Origin: Camelus dromedarius
Taxonomy: Eukaryota
DNA: 64,000 bases
Assembly (NCBI RefSeq): GCF_036321535.1
Contig: NC_087436.1
Location: 21,082,001 to 21,146,000, forward strand
Reading direction: 5' to 3'
The notes beneath the pieces were generated by a model. The model saw only the letters and a program-made list of their open reading frames with translations, made no database searches and was not told the DNA's origin. The stretch's first letter is position 1, and each line of letters starts with the position of its first letter. Shown piece by piece: positions 1 through 13,954 of this stretch. The translations under genes and the position numbers were made by a program.

Positions 1-104
1 TTTATTTATTGTAGTATTTTCATGCCCTATGAAAATACCGAGGTTCTTAACACACTCGTTTTCTGTTGTGCCAATGCGATGTGTGGTGCCTGTTTCTTTA
101 CCAG

Positions 105-194
105 CTGATGTTGATGAGAGGAGGATCTACTACATCTTGCATGAAGGCAGCAAGGCAACAAACGACATCTTCTTCTTCTCTGTTGAAGATAATG
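105..194 (+). CDS. FREM3: FREM3 internal exon (probably exon 2), 90 nt, end of the CSPG/cadherin-like repeat region
   Basis: Acceptor tttctttaccag and donor G|gtaagt. Translates (A)DVDERRIYYILHEGSKATNDIFFFSVEDN(G), which matches the FREM2/FREM3 segment just before the first Calx-beta domain. Phase 1-1. Confidence 0.9.
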
Positions 195-974
195 GTAAGT
201 CAGTATTGAAACCACAAAAGGGAGTCTCGGTTAATTAAAATCAATGTGAAATGGAAGAGTTCTGTCATTTGCATAGTAATCACAATCAGTAATATAATAC
301 CAACAAATGAGTTGTTTTTATTTGTAGTCTTAATGCCAACTGATCCTCGACAAATCACTTTTTAGGAAAGGAAAGCAATGAAGAATTTCAGTAATGAGAT
401 ATGAAGTATTTCACCTGGCCTGGATTATGTGTGACATCCTTTAAGCAAGTCAGTCTCCTCTTCAGGAGGTATCTGAGAATCTAGCTAGTAGCTTCTGTCA
501 CTCGTAAACAAACTTAAAAATGTACTGTTAGATTTTCTTAGGATTTTTAGCTCCAGAACCGAATCTTAGCGGCTCCCCGATCCCAGAATTATAATCTTGG
601 ATGGAGTAAAAAATGTATTGACTGGCATAGAGGAAAGTTTGCTTTTAAAAATGCCTGTTTATGCTACACCTATGTTTGTTTATTGTGTCTTCAAAGTAGC
701 ATACTGGGCAGCAACTAGTTAACAGAAGGCACTTTCTTCACAGAGCCAGGGATATGCTGATTATGTGGTCAAAGAAAAATCACTTTGCAGTATGACAGGA
801 TAATTGCAGAAATTATGTCCATGTACCGCTTGCCACTCCATAACCTCTTTCAGTATAAATCATTACTCATTCTCAGTAAGTAACATGCATTTTCTGCCTA
901 AATTATGTACGATCAGTCAGGACTGTATTTACTGGAAAACAGCCGTATATGAGAGGCTGTATGATATATTGAGT

Positions 975-1130
975 TTGAATCCCTGGTCTTCTTTGTGATC
1001 CATTTCCCCCATCTATAAAACGGTGGTCTTCATACATCTTTCCAAGGGTGGCTAAGAGAATTAAGTGAGGTAATATATAAAAAAAAAAACACTTGGCTCA
1101 TAGTAGGTGCTCAATAAGAGTTAGTTGCCT
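975..1130 (+). mobile_element. MIR SINE fragment
   Basis: catttcccccatctataaaacgg...gagaattaagtgaggtaatatataa...tggctcatagtaggtgctcaataa resembles the MIR core and 3' end. Confidence 0.65.
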
Positions 1131-2562
1131 TCTCCCTTTCTGATGAGACTGACTATGGTGGAAACTGGTTCCTCCTTGCCATCTTCTCAAAGTTTCACGG
1201 ATCTTTCCCCAAGTGACTAGAAAGATAAAGATGAATTTAAGCCCTTTAAACTATTCACTAAATCATATGTAAGACTCGAATAGTTTATAAGGACTATTTT
1301 TCTTTCTGTTCTTGAGAAGGATGATGCCCTAAAAAGATAAACATCTGGTTTGGACATGCGCTTTCTGGTACAAATCAAGAGTTTCACTCTGTGCTTTCAC
1401 CAAAAACAAGAGTCAGTCTCTGATGGTAAATAATGTGAACTTTACATAGCAACCATTTTTTTTCAGTACTTTCTATGGGCCAATCACTGCAAAACAAAAG
1501 GTAAATGTTGGGAGGCCCATTTTAAAATGAAGACGCTGGGGCTGAATAACTTGTCTAAAGTCATAGGGGTAATAAGCAGGTGGGCTGGAATTAAACCCAG
1601 ATCTCACAGATTCCAAAGCCAGCACCCTTAACCACTAATGCTAGGCTACCTCTGTTTTGGGAAGCTGAAATCTTGGGTAGAAATCAGAGAACAGAGCAAA
1701 GACACCAGTGCCTCACCTGGCAAATAAATACCTTGTAAACTAAAGAGGTCAGAATGGTCAAACACAGACTCCAGAACATTTGAACTCATACCTGATCATA
1801 GTTGGACCTTGAAATGTATGCATATTCGTTAGCTAAATAAATATTTGCGCATTCACTTATTCAGTGGGCTTTTTAATTGCCTTCTTCTAAGCACCATGCA
1901 CAGAGCTAAGATCCGTGTCTTTCTGTGATGAGCATTCTTGGAATAGCTTCCAGCTGCTATGAAGGACTTCACATGTTTTTGTATCTGATATTTTCAAGTT
2001 TTATGAATTTATATCTTTCAAGAGCCAATGTAATCTATTTTTCTTTTAAAATAGTCCCACTTTTTAAGCTGTTTCCCAAACAGAATGTGTACTGAAACTT
2101 ACAATGTGAGCTGTTAATAACTGTCTTCCCTGAGAGCACACAGCCCTGGCGGAAGGTAGTGATTCCAGTTATTTAAGCTACTTGTAATGGACACGCTTCT
2201 AAGGATGCATTTTTCTCTACTGGGCTGAAGGAGACTTTGTTGCTATTGTTGTTGTTTGTGGTACTGGCATTGGAGCCATTAGAGAAGGTGGTGCCCTGCC
2301 TCCAGGACTGGGCACGAGGCATGAGCTCCAGGCAAGCTCCAGGGTCTTATGGATGGAAGTCCTGGCAAGGTGACTCTAGAGGTGCAATTTAGTAAAGCTC
2401 CAGGATTGGCAGCAGGAAGGCTTCCAGTTCATAGGCTCTGAAACCAGGCTACCTGCATTCAAACCTTCGTAGCTGTGTATTCTTTGAGAAATCTTCTTTA
2501 CTTTGCTCATCTGTGAATTGGAGATACCTAGAGCATGTGCCTCATAGGAGTATTATGAGGAT

Positions 2563-3011
2563 GTTGTTAGTTTCCCATTGCTCCTGTAATAAATTGCCAC
2601 AAATTGAGTGGTTTAAAACAACACAAATGTATCATCTCATAGTTCTGCAGGTCAGAAGTCCAAAAATGGTTCTAACTTGGCTACAATTAAGGTTTGGGCA
2701 AGGTTGCACTCTTTTATGGAGACTGTAGGGTGGAATCCATTTCCTTGGCTTTTCTGGCTTCTAGAGACGGTCTCATCCTTCCATCTTCAAAGCCAGAAGT
2801 GGTGGAGCATTTCTCATATTGCTTCACACTGACACACGTTCCTGACTCCCTCTTACACTGGGCTCACCTAGGTAATCCAGGCTGATTTTCCTCATCCCAA
2901 AATTCTTGGTCACATCCTCAAAGCTCTTTTTGCCATGTAAGATAACATATTCACAGGTTCTGGTAATTAAGATGTGGCCGTCTTTAGAGGGCCAGTATTC
3001 TGCCTACCGCA
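2563..3011 (-). mobile_element. MLT1-type MaLR LTR inserted into a MIR (MIR pieces at about 2430-2562 and 3012-3085)
   Basis: tgttagtttcccattgct...ccacaaattgagtggtttaaaacaacacaaatgtat...ttctgcaggtcagaagtcc...tattctgcctaccgca is the typical MLT1 reverse-strand pattern, with MIR sequence resuming on both sides. Confidence 0.75.
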
Positions 3012-4103
3012 AGCATTAAAGGAATTAACACACACAAGGCACTTAGAAGAGTTCCTGGCACATAGCAAGCACTCAGTAAATTTTATCATCTTTAGAATTA
3101 TCAGTTGGGATACCAAATTTTGTGTTTTTTCTTTTTCTGGGTAAAAAGAAATTTAATAATTTATTCCTGGAAATGTATAATTAGATGACTTGATTATGTA
3201 AGGTCAACTTTTACCCTATTATGGTGAATTATTTTATTGGGGGCACTGCTTGGAATACTTGGCTTCTTGTCTCTCTTCTTCTGTCCACTTACAAATTGGT
3301 TCAATATTTGTTAGAAGCCCACTAAGAAGGCAAAGGAAGAAGAGGAGGTAACTTAAATCCACTGTTCTCGTCTTCTCTGCTGTGAGCTAAGCTGCTTAAC
3401 ATGGGAATATTTTGCCTGCTCACATCTTATTTTCTATCTCAATTGTGCCTTTTTCTTTTTCTCTGCTAGAGTGAAATGAAGTAGCACATATACCAGAAAT
3501 GTAACACGGTGCCTAGCATTAGTATTCCCCAATAAATTTGAATTTTCTTCTCTTTCTTCTCATATACTTAGGAACATAACTGCACTGTGTACACAGATTA
3601 ACTGGGAATTCAAATGGAAATTTTTTACAGTGTAGCTGTTTATAGTTTCCATCAGTTTCTGCAGTTTTGAGTAACCCAGATGAAGGCTATTTCAGTATAA
3701 GATCTTCATCTACTTATCACACTGATGGTAAATGTCAGTCAAGGTTATCCTGAAAGCTACTGGTAACAGGGAATATATCCGAGATTTCTAAAGCTCTGAA
3801 CGGAGCCAGTTAAGCATAGTATGAAGTTCATTTATTGTCCTCTCCCTAAATTATTGTGCTAACAGATTTGTCTTGAAATGTTGCCCAACTCTACTATATA
3901 TAACAATGAGTGGGTCTTTCCTACTTACTGCACAATATTACCTTAAATTTATATAGCGCTTAATATTGCTACAAAGTGTTTTCACCGATGTTATTCCATT
4001 TCGATCCTTACCACAACCTGTGAGAAAGAAATTGTTATTTCAGATTTTAAGAGGAGGAAATGAGCTTAAGGAGTTAAAAGATTCATAGAAAGGAATCATC
4101 AGT

Positions 4104-4253
4104 GGGGAGGGTATAGTTCAAGTGGTAGAATGCATGCCTAGCATGCATGAGGTCCTGAGTTCAATCCCCAGTACCTCCTCTAAAAATAAATAATTAAACC
4201 TAGTTACCTCCCCCTGTCAAAAAGTAATAATAATAAATCAATTTTTTTTAAAA
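4104..4253 (+). mobile_element. tRNA-Ala-derived SINE (camelid Vic-1-like)
   Basis: ggggagggtatagttcaagtggtagaatgcatgcctagcatgcatgaggtcctgagttcaatccccagtacctcc plus an A-rich tail. Degenerate TSD agaaaggaatcatcag / agaaaagaaccatcag. Confidence 0.88.
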
Positions 4254-4767
4254 AGAAAAGAACCATCAGAGGATCCAAGTCAATTTTTTCTAATAAGTCA
4301 CACTGAATAGCTATTGGGAGTGGGATGATTTTAGTTTTGGGTGTGCTATGGCTATTTAACTTTTTTAAGACCAGAAACAGATTGTTTCATTTTCTCTTAA
4401 ATTATCCAGTGTTTAAAGCCAATTTGATCAACACTATGCATTTTAATATTTGAATTGGACTTGATACTTGCCTCGCGGTCCATGTGAGTACCAGTGTGCT
4501 GTTTAGATGAGCAATGGAGGAAACACCTGGAGAGACAGATGAGCCCCACCACCAGTGTTCCCAGGTTCAGTAGAGCCAATCTGTGGAAAAATGAGTTCAG
4601 AGCTGTGAAATGTAGGAAATAGCTACAGAGGGCTGAGTTCGCTGACTGTGTGCCAAACAAAATTTTATATCAGCTATGGTACTATCTATATGCTAGCCTT
4701 CCCTTTTTGTCATTTGTGGCTTAGTTTGGCTTTGTTCATTTTTATTTTATACTGAAACCATTAATTC

Positions 4768-4872
4768 TTTTTTTTTTTTTAATTTTACTTTAATGGAGGT
4801 CCTGGGGATTGAGCCTGGGACCCACTTCATGCACATTAAGCATGTACTCTACCACTGAGCTGTACTCACCCC
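4768..4872 (-). mobile_element. tRNA-Ala-derived SINE (Vic-1-like)
   Basis: Reverse complement of the same SINE head preceded by a poly-T run. Flanks ttaattcttt / ttgattcttt. Confidence 0.85.
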
Positions 4873-5841
4873 TTGATTCTTTAAAGAAGGATGGAAAAGT
4901 TGCTTCCTATTTTTTGATCACCGTACAAGCTATCCAGAGGCTCACCTCAGTCTCACTTCCTGTTTGTTTTGAAGGCCAGGCCTGGAGCTCATGTGTTACT
5001 GCTGGCACTTTTTTTTTTTTTTTTTTGCTACAAATTAATCATTTTAGAAATGGGAACACCTTTTAATAATATCCAGGATTGAGTCATTTTTAGGAGTCCA
5101 TTCAATGAATGGCGAATGGTAAGGAACAGTATTAATGACGACCTTAATGACACTATTACACCCTTGTTTTTAGCATTGTTAATTACACTAAAACTGAAGG
5201 CTTTAAGTCTAAAATTTTGTGTAAAAATACCTGAATGTACAGGCATCTTTTAGCATAAATAGTCTAAAAAATTTTGAGTGACCTATAATTCCTCCACCAG
5301 ATAACTGCTCTAAACATTTTTAAAAAGATAATATTAAACTGCACTGATACCTAGTCCCTTTCCCCAAAGAGGAATTTTTCTTTGTTTCCTTACAAAAAGA
5401 AATTTATTCACATAGCAGAATATCCTTTTTATTTACCCAAAAGAGGCTGTTTTTGCTTGCTTATGCTTGATTCTGAGCGTTGGCTGCTTTAGCTTAAAAT
5501 ATAGGTACACGTATAAAATAACATATATGGTATACACCTATTATGCACTAGCACAAACAGATACACTTTATCTGCCTTGTTCTTTTTAAACAGCTATATA
5601 ATATTCCATTTTATAGCTATATTGTAGATAATTAACTGGTTATCTATAAAAGGCATTTTTTTTCTCTTTCATTATCAACTTAGCAGTGGATTTACTTAGC
5701 CCTGATTTAACCTGGATGTTTGAATGTCTAAAACATTCTAGCATTTTCTGAAATGTCATACTTGCTTCAGACATGGGTTTTTCATATAAGAATGCCAAGG
5801 CAGATGTAACTAGGGAAGAAAATATGACAGCAGTTTACTCT

Positions 5842-6030
5842 TTTTTTTTATTGAAGTGTAGTTGATTTATAATGTTAGTTTCAGGTATACAGCAATGTGA
5901 TTCAGTTATACATATATTTTTCTTTTCAGATTCTTTTCTGTTATATGTTATTACAAGAAATTGAATATAGTTCCCTGTGCTATACAGTAGGTCCTTGTTT
6001 ATCTGTTTTATATTTAGTAATGTGTATAGT
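5842..6030 (-). mobile_element. L1 3' UTR fragment (artiodactyl type)
   Basis: Poly-T followed by attgaagtgtagttgatttataatgttagtttcaggtatacagc...gaatatagttccctgtgctatacagtagg; homologous to the other L1 3' ends in this window. Confidence 0.8.
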
Positions 6031-9000
6031 AATTAAATTGACTATGAATCCTTAGAAGTTAAAAAAAGGACAAGTAAAGAAAAAAAAAATAAGCAAAGTC
6101 TTTTTTGCTGTTAGAGGCTCCAAGATGCCCCTGGAATTAGACACCAAGGTGGTGGTTCTTGCTTATCTTATCTCTGCCAGGGCTGATTCTGGAGGGGTTT
6201 CTACCTTTGGTGTTTTCGAGGTCTGTCCTGTTGAACTTGTAAGGATTTGAGTCTGCAGTTTAGAATCAAGTCTGCAGTTAGAGTGATCGGCCGCAAGATG
6301 GACTGCTCCTCTGAGTACAAGTCAAAACAAGTTTTGCTAATTCCTGTCGGTGGGTCACCACTCAGTGACAATGAGAGAGACAGGGGAACCTTGTCCACTT
6401 ACATGTCACATGGTAGAGCTTAGGGCAGTCACAACATTTTATACAACACTGTACATAAATCCTGGGTGCTTGACTGTTGTACCTTGTTCCTGATGTAAGA
6501 ACAAATGGCTTTTAAACCTTCTCACTCTAGTCAATGCCCACGCCTTATTTTGTATGATGTGGTTTGCCCATGCTCAGGGGAAAAAAAAAAAAGAAAGAAG
6601 CTGCTTTTCCCATATACTTACAACAATTAGACTTCTGCAGACCTAGTTTCCCCAGAGAAAATTAAGTAGGGATTCAGGATAAAAGTTCTTTGGATGCTGA
6701 GGCATGTGCGAGGGGACTTCCAGCAGGCTTTGTTGGTTCATTATTGTATTCTGCTTGTGCTAAAACCTATGGGTTTTGCCACATTTTAAAAAAATTAAAA
6801 TATGTGCTCAAATAAAATAAATTCAAATAGTGTAGAAGAGCATAAAATGAAAAGCAAGAGTTTCCTTTCCTGTTCCCATTCATAGTCTTATTCCAGAGAA
6901 AAACAAAAACTGTGCCTCTGTGTGTGTGTGTGTGTGCGTGTGTGCATGAGTGTTAGCGCACATACACAGCTCTAGCTGTAATTATGTCTTCCATTAATTT
7001 TTAAAGTCCTGGAAGCCTGGAAGATAGTAGATAAACTTAGATTTTATTTACTGATTGTCCAAGTTTTAATCTTTCTGTGAGAGGAAGCTGTTTGGTGTAG
7101 CTTGGCCTGTGTATCCCAGAAAAAGAGGAAAGGGGAGCTAATCTGGCTAATTAAAACGATACCTACAATGAAATCATGTAACCCTGATCATAATCTGTGT
7201 TAGAATTGACATGCCTCCCTGAATGAATTATTTTAAAAATAATATTAATATTTTAAAAATTGTGAATCACTATGTTGTACCTGAAACTTGCACCTCGATA
7301 AAAATTTTTTAAATTTTTTTCAAATTTTTAAATTATATTGATCATAATTGTGGATGATTTGGAAGGAGAATTTTTGAAAATAAATAAATAAATGTACTGT
7401 GGAGTTTGACTCACAACAAAAAGCCTCAAAGAAAAATAGCTTTAGTGTCTTTATCTTTGAGTATTTCATGAAAGCATTTTTGTTTAAAGCTTTTTCCCAT
7501 AAAATAAAACATGCGTTTATTTTTTCATTGTTATTTATTCTTTTAAACCATGCAATTTCACGTACAAAAATAGAAAAGCCAGTCTGAGCATACAATAACC
7601 TAAGAAAGTTCCAGTCCAAGAAAATAATCACACTTCACAAAGATGATTAATAAAAGGAGAAAACATTTTTGAGAGAAAAGAAATATTATGAATGATATTC
7701 TTTTAATATCCTCTATCAATCAATTAATTAATTAGTAATTAATCAACTACTAGTACTAAATCAATACCTTCTATACTCAGAGTACGTCATTTGGATCACA
7801 TTGTTGTGTGCCTCTTGCTTTTCATTTCCAGTTGCTAAATATCCTGATTACTGCACTGCATCAATTTAAGAAACATTTTATTGCTTGAAAAGAGAATTTA
7901 TTTCTTGAAAGAGTCAAGGCTGTTCTTCTCTTGACTTATGTAAGCAGGCTCTTAAATAATCACTTCAGGAATAAACAGATTTTATGAACTCAGGATTAAG
8001 TCTTACACTCCACGAACATACATATGTGCCTAATAAATGGATAATTATAAATGAATACTTATGAGTGTCTACACACATACGTGTGTATTAGTATGTGAGG
8101 TGCGTATGTACATGTAGAGCTCTCTAAAAAGAGAAAACTGTTTTGACTCATTCGGAATGACGAGTTACCGTGTCTCTGTCTTGATGGTGAGGTAAAATGC
8201 TTCAGTTTCAAATTCAGGTTCGGCATTTGAACGTCTTTCTTGTCCCAGGAATTGTGCTAGACATTTAAATACCTTTCTTCTCATTTTATCTCCACAAAGG
8301 CATCATGAGATAGACATTAGCTCCCATTTTATGATTTAAGTAAACCTTTATGTCATTGAGTGAATTGGTTGTATCACTAAAGCTGTTAGCATTTGAACAT
8401 TCTACAGAGTCATGTGGAAAGATAAGAAAATCACAAATTCCTAATCCTTCTGAAATTGTCACTATTAAAATGATCCTTAAATGTACTGATCTATTCTTTG
8501 TTCAAAAGTTACATGTTTCTCTGGAATGCTGAAGACATTTAGTTTATAACCAAAATGATAGGGTCACATCTAGAGGCTGAGGCTTCTATACAGTACGTGC
8601 ATAAAACAGGTCCTTTAGTGAGAAGACAGCAAGGAGCACAAGAGCCTGAATGATGCTGTCACCACTTTGAGGAACCAGAAATGACAGTTTCAGCTTGGGT
8701 TGGCTGACCCATCTATAGGCTGGAGTGACTGGAGCCACTGAAGACAGTATTTTTAATAGAAAAAATAGCACAGATTGCGTTCTGACTGAGCTTCAAATTA
8801 GTTGGGCCACCGGGCATTTGGCTTGTCGTTCTCCATCAGGACATAAACACGTGGGGTTGTCTCCATGAATGACAATGACTCAAGCTTCCCTAAAGTAATT
8901 TGTAAAAAGTGGGAATGAATATGTGTATACTCATGTGCATGCTTCCTCCCAGCCTACATTTGTGAGAAACTGGCAGAGAAACAAAATATATGTAAGGAGC

Positions 9001-10140
9001 ACAGAATGGATATCAAACTCTGGCTTCATTGACAAGGGACCATATAGTAAAATATGCAAAACAGACCCAGTGCTTAACCTGGTCAGGTTTCCGGGGACCC
9101 CTGCCCGAGCAGTAGCACAAAGCTAGAAAGTCAGTAGCGATGTGCCTTCAGCCCAAGACGATGTTAACGGTGGGGTCCACTGAGTGACCAAGCACTGGTG
9201 TTTTGCCCGTTCGGTGTCTTATTAGAAGGAGGGCCTACAAGTAGAAAGCTCTGCTTTTGCTCCCCCTTCTTGACAGTAGTTTGAGAAAGCCAATACAGGA
9301 ATGTGCTGTTAAGAACTGTGGCAGAAACAGGGAAATTTGCAGCCCCGGATCATTGTTAGCAGTGCCATCGGTATTCAGTTCTTGGCTTTTACTTTTTTTT
9401 CTACCTCTCCTTCTAGTCACTATTCTCATTTTCTTTCTTTCTTTCTCCTTCTTTTTTTCCCCCCTATTCTCTATTCTCATTTTCTCCCTTATTTGCTTTG
9501 ATTTCCTCAGCCCAGCTTCCAGAATGAGCTCTGGGTTTGCCTCATGCTCATCCTGTTTCTTGGTTCCTGGTTCTCTGTCCAGCCCCGCATATGCTCCGCC
9601 TGTGGCTTTGTTTACATTACTCAACCCCACTTATGCCTGACTTTCCATCCTGCAAAATAGTTTTTAGGAAATAGCACATCCTTTACTGGACTTATTAAGA
9701 AGTGTGTAAAGCACACAATCCTGTTATTAAAATAATCCTTACATCTTACAATAAACATCTATCTGACTGGAGCCATATCTAATAAATGTGCTGAGGAAGG
9801 GGGGCGATTTATTATTAGAAGTAAAAATTCTCTGAAACAGAATGTGTTGTCATGATGTTTACCCCCCAATAAAAGCCAAAACATTAGAAAAGTCTACTAG
9901 TCAATTATGTTTTAGTAAAGAGAGAGAAATCAAATTCCCTCTGAGATTGCTATGTAAAATGTTTCATCTGTAGTGAGCTTCAAGGAGTTGGACATCCTCT
10001 GTTTTAGGAATCAAGGAAGGCACTAAGCTGTACCCAGGCGAAGGCCCTTGGGGGAGCTGGCAGTGTTACGGCTGGAAGCCTCTCTGCTCAGGAGAGGTGA
10101 CTGAGTTACTCAGTTGAAAAAAATTACAATAACCTGTAAT

Positions 10141-10220
10141 GGATACAGCTCAGCGGTAGAGCACGTGCTTAGCATGCACAGTGCCCTGGCTTCAATGCCC
10201 AGTGCCTCTATTTTTTAAAA
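10141..10220 (+). mobile_element. tRNA-Ala-derived SINE (Vic-1-like), degenerate
   Basis: ggatacagctcagcggtagagcacgtgcttagcatgcacagtgccctggcttcaatgcccagtgcctc. Confidence 0.8.
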
Positions 10221-10409
10221 AGTTACATGGACTAAAAATGGCCTTTTGTCTCTGCTTCCTGTGAAGAGAAAAGTGAAGTATGCACCAGTTGGCAAGGAAT
10301 TAGGGGAAAAGGAAATGAGTTTCTTGAGCCAATGACTATATATATTTTTTTAAGTTGCTGGATATAACTACTGGTTTAAATGACTCTTTCAGGGAACACT
10401 TGTAACAGA

Positions 10410-10670
10410 TGATACATTGCTATTCCATTGTGTGTATATGCCACGTTTTATCTATCCATTCCCCTGTGGATGAATACATGGGTGGTTTCCACCTTTTGGC
10501 TCTTGTGAATAAGGCTGTAATGAACAATGACGTACAAGAGTCTGTTCAAGTCCCTGCTGTCACTTTCTTTAGGTCTGTACTTAAAAGTGGAATTGCTGGG
10601 TCTCATATGCTTATTTTATGTTTACCCTTTCTTAATATCTGCCCAACTGGTTTCCATAGCAGCTGCAGAA
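10410..10670 (-). mobile_element. Old L1 (L1M) fragment, end of ORF2
   Basis: tattccattgtgtgtatatgccacgttttatctatccattcccctgtggatgaatacatgggtggtttccaccttttggct is the antisense of the L1 ORF2 C-terminus. Confidence 0.75.
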
Positions 10671-10679
10671 ATTTCTTTT

Positions 10680-10828
10680 AATATTCCGATAACTGTATAA
10701 TTGGGTTTTGCATAATTCTATGCCTCGTCTTGTGTGCATTTAGAGATACTGTTCTAAGAAGGGGACCAGAGGATTCCCCAGGCTGCCAAAAGGCTTCCAT
10801 CGCACAAAAAAAGGACCAGAACCTCTGC
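10680..10828 (+). mobile_element. hAT-Charlie-type DNA transposon fragment
   Basis: Ends ...ggctgccaaaaggcttccatcgcacaaaaaaaggaccagaacctctg, which resembles Charlie/MER terminal sequences. Family not resolved. Confidence 0.5.
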
Positions 10829-11697
10829 ACACTGCCTTCTCTTTCCTCTAAGGCAAAATTATTTAAATCTGTAAAATCCTGGCAGGTGTTTGGTGTCAGG
10901 AACTGTAATTGAACAATCATTACAAAAATAGTGATTTTGCATTTTCTTGGAAGTGCAGTATGGATGAGCTAGACTAATAAAAAATGCTTTCAGAACCAAG
11001 TTTTCCTGGTTGGTAACATAATATGCATTTTTACCAACAGACATATGCTGAGAAAATATAATGTGCAATTCAGTGGATAAATATAAGTTCAGGCCTTTAC
11101 TATACCAGAGCATAAGGGCTAGTTAGATGAGAACACTTTGAAAAGCCAGATAGTTCCTGAGATATGGTTGATTTGATCAATCAGTTCCATTGGCGTTCTG
11201 TAAAGAGAGAAAAATGTGGAGTTTCAACAATTTGCATCCCTTGTGTAGAACTATAGTCAATGTAAAACTTTATGAAACACATTCATTCACAAAATCCAGC
11301 TGTCACCAGTATCTATTTTCATCATCCTAAACAGAAACCCTGTAACCATTAAAACAGTACCTTACTGTTAGCATTGCTGTGTCACCTCTATATGGTTTCA
11401 TCTAACTTCTGTGTTTTAAATAAGAAAAATTCTTTAACCACTTACTCAATTTCAGTGTTCAGAATTCAAAATACGATCTTCATTAAGTATGGAAAGAAAC
11501 ACGTAGCTAGAACTTGGACTCAGATTTCAGAAAAGGCATGATACTCTTCTGACTTGACTATAGCATCATTCATTCCATTAACATCTATTCCTGTCCTATG
11601 CCAGGCATATGGGATATGACAGGAAAAAAGGAACTTACAGTCCAATGGGGGATAAATGAAAAGGCAGGGTAAATGCTAAATTAAGAGTCAGCTTAGA

Positions 11698-11856
11698 CTT
11701 TTTGCAATAGCCAAGACATGGAAACAACCCAAATGCCCATTTACAGATGACTGAATAAAGAAGTTATGGAATATGTATACAATGGAATACTACTCAGCCA
11801 TAAAAAAGATGAAATATTGCCATTTGCAGCAACATGGAAGGACTTAGAGGTTATCA
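11698..11856 (+). mobile_element. L1 ORF2 3' fragment
   Basis: tttgcaatagccaagacatggaaacaacccaaatgccca...atggaatactactcagccataaaaaaga corresponds to the decayed IAKTWKQPKCP...MEYYSAIKK motif. Confidence 0.85.
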
Positions 11857-12253
11857 CCACATGCTCCGCACACATACTTTCGCAGTGTAGAGAATAAATT
11901 GCAAGTAAACACAAAAATTTAAAAGGGGGAGATTGCAGTTAAATAACTGGAAAATTATGTTGGTATAAACTTATGTGGTGGCAATAAGGGTGGAGAATAG
12001 TGGATAGATTTTTTTTTTTTAATTTGTAGGAGCTAGAATTAACAGTTCTTGAACTTGAGGGAATAAAAAGAGGAAATCAAGATTGATGCCCAAGTTTCTG
12101 ACATGGGTACCTGGTGACATAGTGGCAGGAATCATGAGTTCTCCTTGGGAAATGTTGAGTGTGAAGTTCCCATTCTAGATCCCATCCTTGCCAGCCCCAT
12201 GGCTTTGGGCAAATCCTATAACCTTCTTGAACCTCATTCTAAAATAGGCATGC

Positions 12254-12640
12254 TTTTCTCTTTCTCTTTCTGGCTGACTTACCATACATATCATTTATAT
12301 GTGGATATAAGTGATAAAAAGACACAAATGAACTTATTTGCAAAATAGAGACTCACAGACATAGAAAACAGACTTACAGTTACCAGGGAGGAATGGGCTG
12401 GGGAGGGATAAATTGAGAGTTTAGGATTTGCAGATAGTAACTACTATATATAAAACAGATAAACAGCAAGTTTATACTGTATAGCACAGGGAACTATATT
12501 CAATATCCTGTAATAACCTATAATGATAAAGAATATGAAAAGGAATATAAATGCATACATGTGTATAACTGAATCACTATACTGTATACCAGAAATTAGC
12601 ACAACATTGTAAATCGACTACACTTCAATAAAAATAAAAT
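12254..12640 (+). mobile_element. L1 3' end with a short 5' inversion, inserted into a MIR
   Basis: Sense L1 3' UTR at 12281-12640 ends in an A-rich tail. 12254-12280 is the reverse complement of the L1 sequence that normally precedes it. MIR sequence lies on both sides. Confidence 0.8.
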
Positions 12641-13481
12641 AGAGGGGCTGATTCCTGCCTGGTTCATAGGGTGTGATGAGTCTCATAAAATTATCTGTGT
12701 GGAAGCTCTTTATAAACTATAGTTAACCACTGTACAACTGAAGAGTACTGTGACTGATTTTGGCACTCTAATAACCAATTAAAACCTTATTTATTATCAA
12801 CATCACTGTGGTGAATTATCATGTGGAAGACAGGCTGAGTGGGAAAGTAGAAGCCTGGGAACTGGAGACCTGAGTGGGAGTCCAGCTGTGCTGCCTGCTA
12901 GCTCTGCATGGTGCAGGGCTGGTCCTCCCCTGATGTCTGAAGAGGCTGAACCGTTCATCTGCAAAGGCCCTTCCAGCCCTAAAAGTCTAAGAACGCTATT
13001 AACTAGTTATCAGACTTTCTTGAATATTCAGCATGCACCCACTAGGTCTAAGTGGATTATTTTTATTAAAATATCTTAAGAAGAATTTTCAGTCACCATA
13101 AGCCTACTGTATGGAGAAACGAAGGCTTAGGCTGTCGGAGAAACCATTATGATACAAACAAGTACATGTATGTGATTAGTATGTTTCTTGATAAATGCAA
13201 GTGTGTTACAGAAATAGTATAATTATGACTACAGAATAGTAAAATGGGGCTCATTTGCTACAATGAACAGTCAAGAAAGGTATGAAATAGTTCTGGCATC
13301 TCTTGTTGAATTCCATTTGGTGCCTGCAGATATACAAAGCTTGGATTTTTCCTTGTGCTTTTTTAAATTCAAACAGCAGAAAGTTTGCAAACAGCTCTAA
13401 ACAATTCCCTTCTAGATTGTCTATGTTCTGTATTGTTGAATATAAATGACCAGCCACCCCTGCAGCTTCACTTTTCCCTTA

Positions 13482-13765
13482 GTTTTGTTTTTGTTTTTGT
13501 TCTTTTGTTTTGTTTTTTTTAATTGAAGGATAATCGGTTTACAATGTTGTGTTAGTTTTTGGTATACAGCATAGTGATTCAGTTGTACATACACATATAT
13601 ATATTCCTCCTCATACTCTTTTTCATTATAGATATCTATAAGATATTGAATATAGTTCCCTGTGCTGTACAGAGGAAGTTTGTTGTTGATTTATTTTATA
13701 TATAGTAGTTAGTATCTGCAAATCCCAAACTCCCAATTTATCTCTCTACCATCCCCTTTCCCCTG
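13482..13765 (-). mobile_element. L1 3' UTR fragment with a (TTTTG)n tail
   Basis: aattgaaggataatcggtttacaatgttgtgttagt...gatattgaatatagttccctgtgctgtacag. Confidence 0.8.
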
Positions 13766-13954
13766 TAAGCAGTTTTTTTTTTCACAAAATCAATTTATTT
13801 CAAATTCCAAATGTAATTTCATGTAATGTAAAAAATGTAATATATAAAATTATACAATATTTTAAATATTATACTGAATTATTAATAGCTTATATATTAA
13901 TATATAATGCTAATTTATTAATACTATAGTAATATATTAATAAATTAATATGAT

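Noticed and set aside
4104..4178. tRNA-Ala gene (also at 4795, 10141, 28979, 46131, 51553 and 62123)
   Set aside because: All copies have mutated stems, A-rich tails and often TSDs, so they are SINEs rather than tRNA genes.
9235..9640. Overlapping 131-aa and 127-aa ORFs (Lys/Arg-rich and hydrophobic)
   Set aside because: They come from a low-complexity pyrimidine tract and show no recognisable domain or exon structure.
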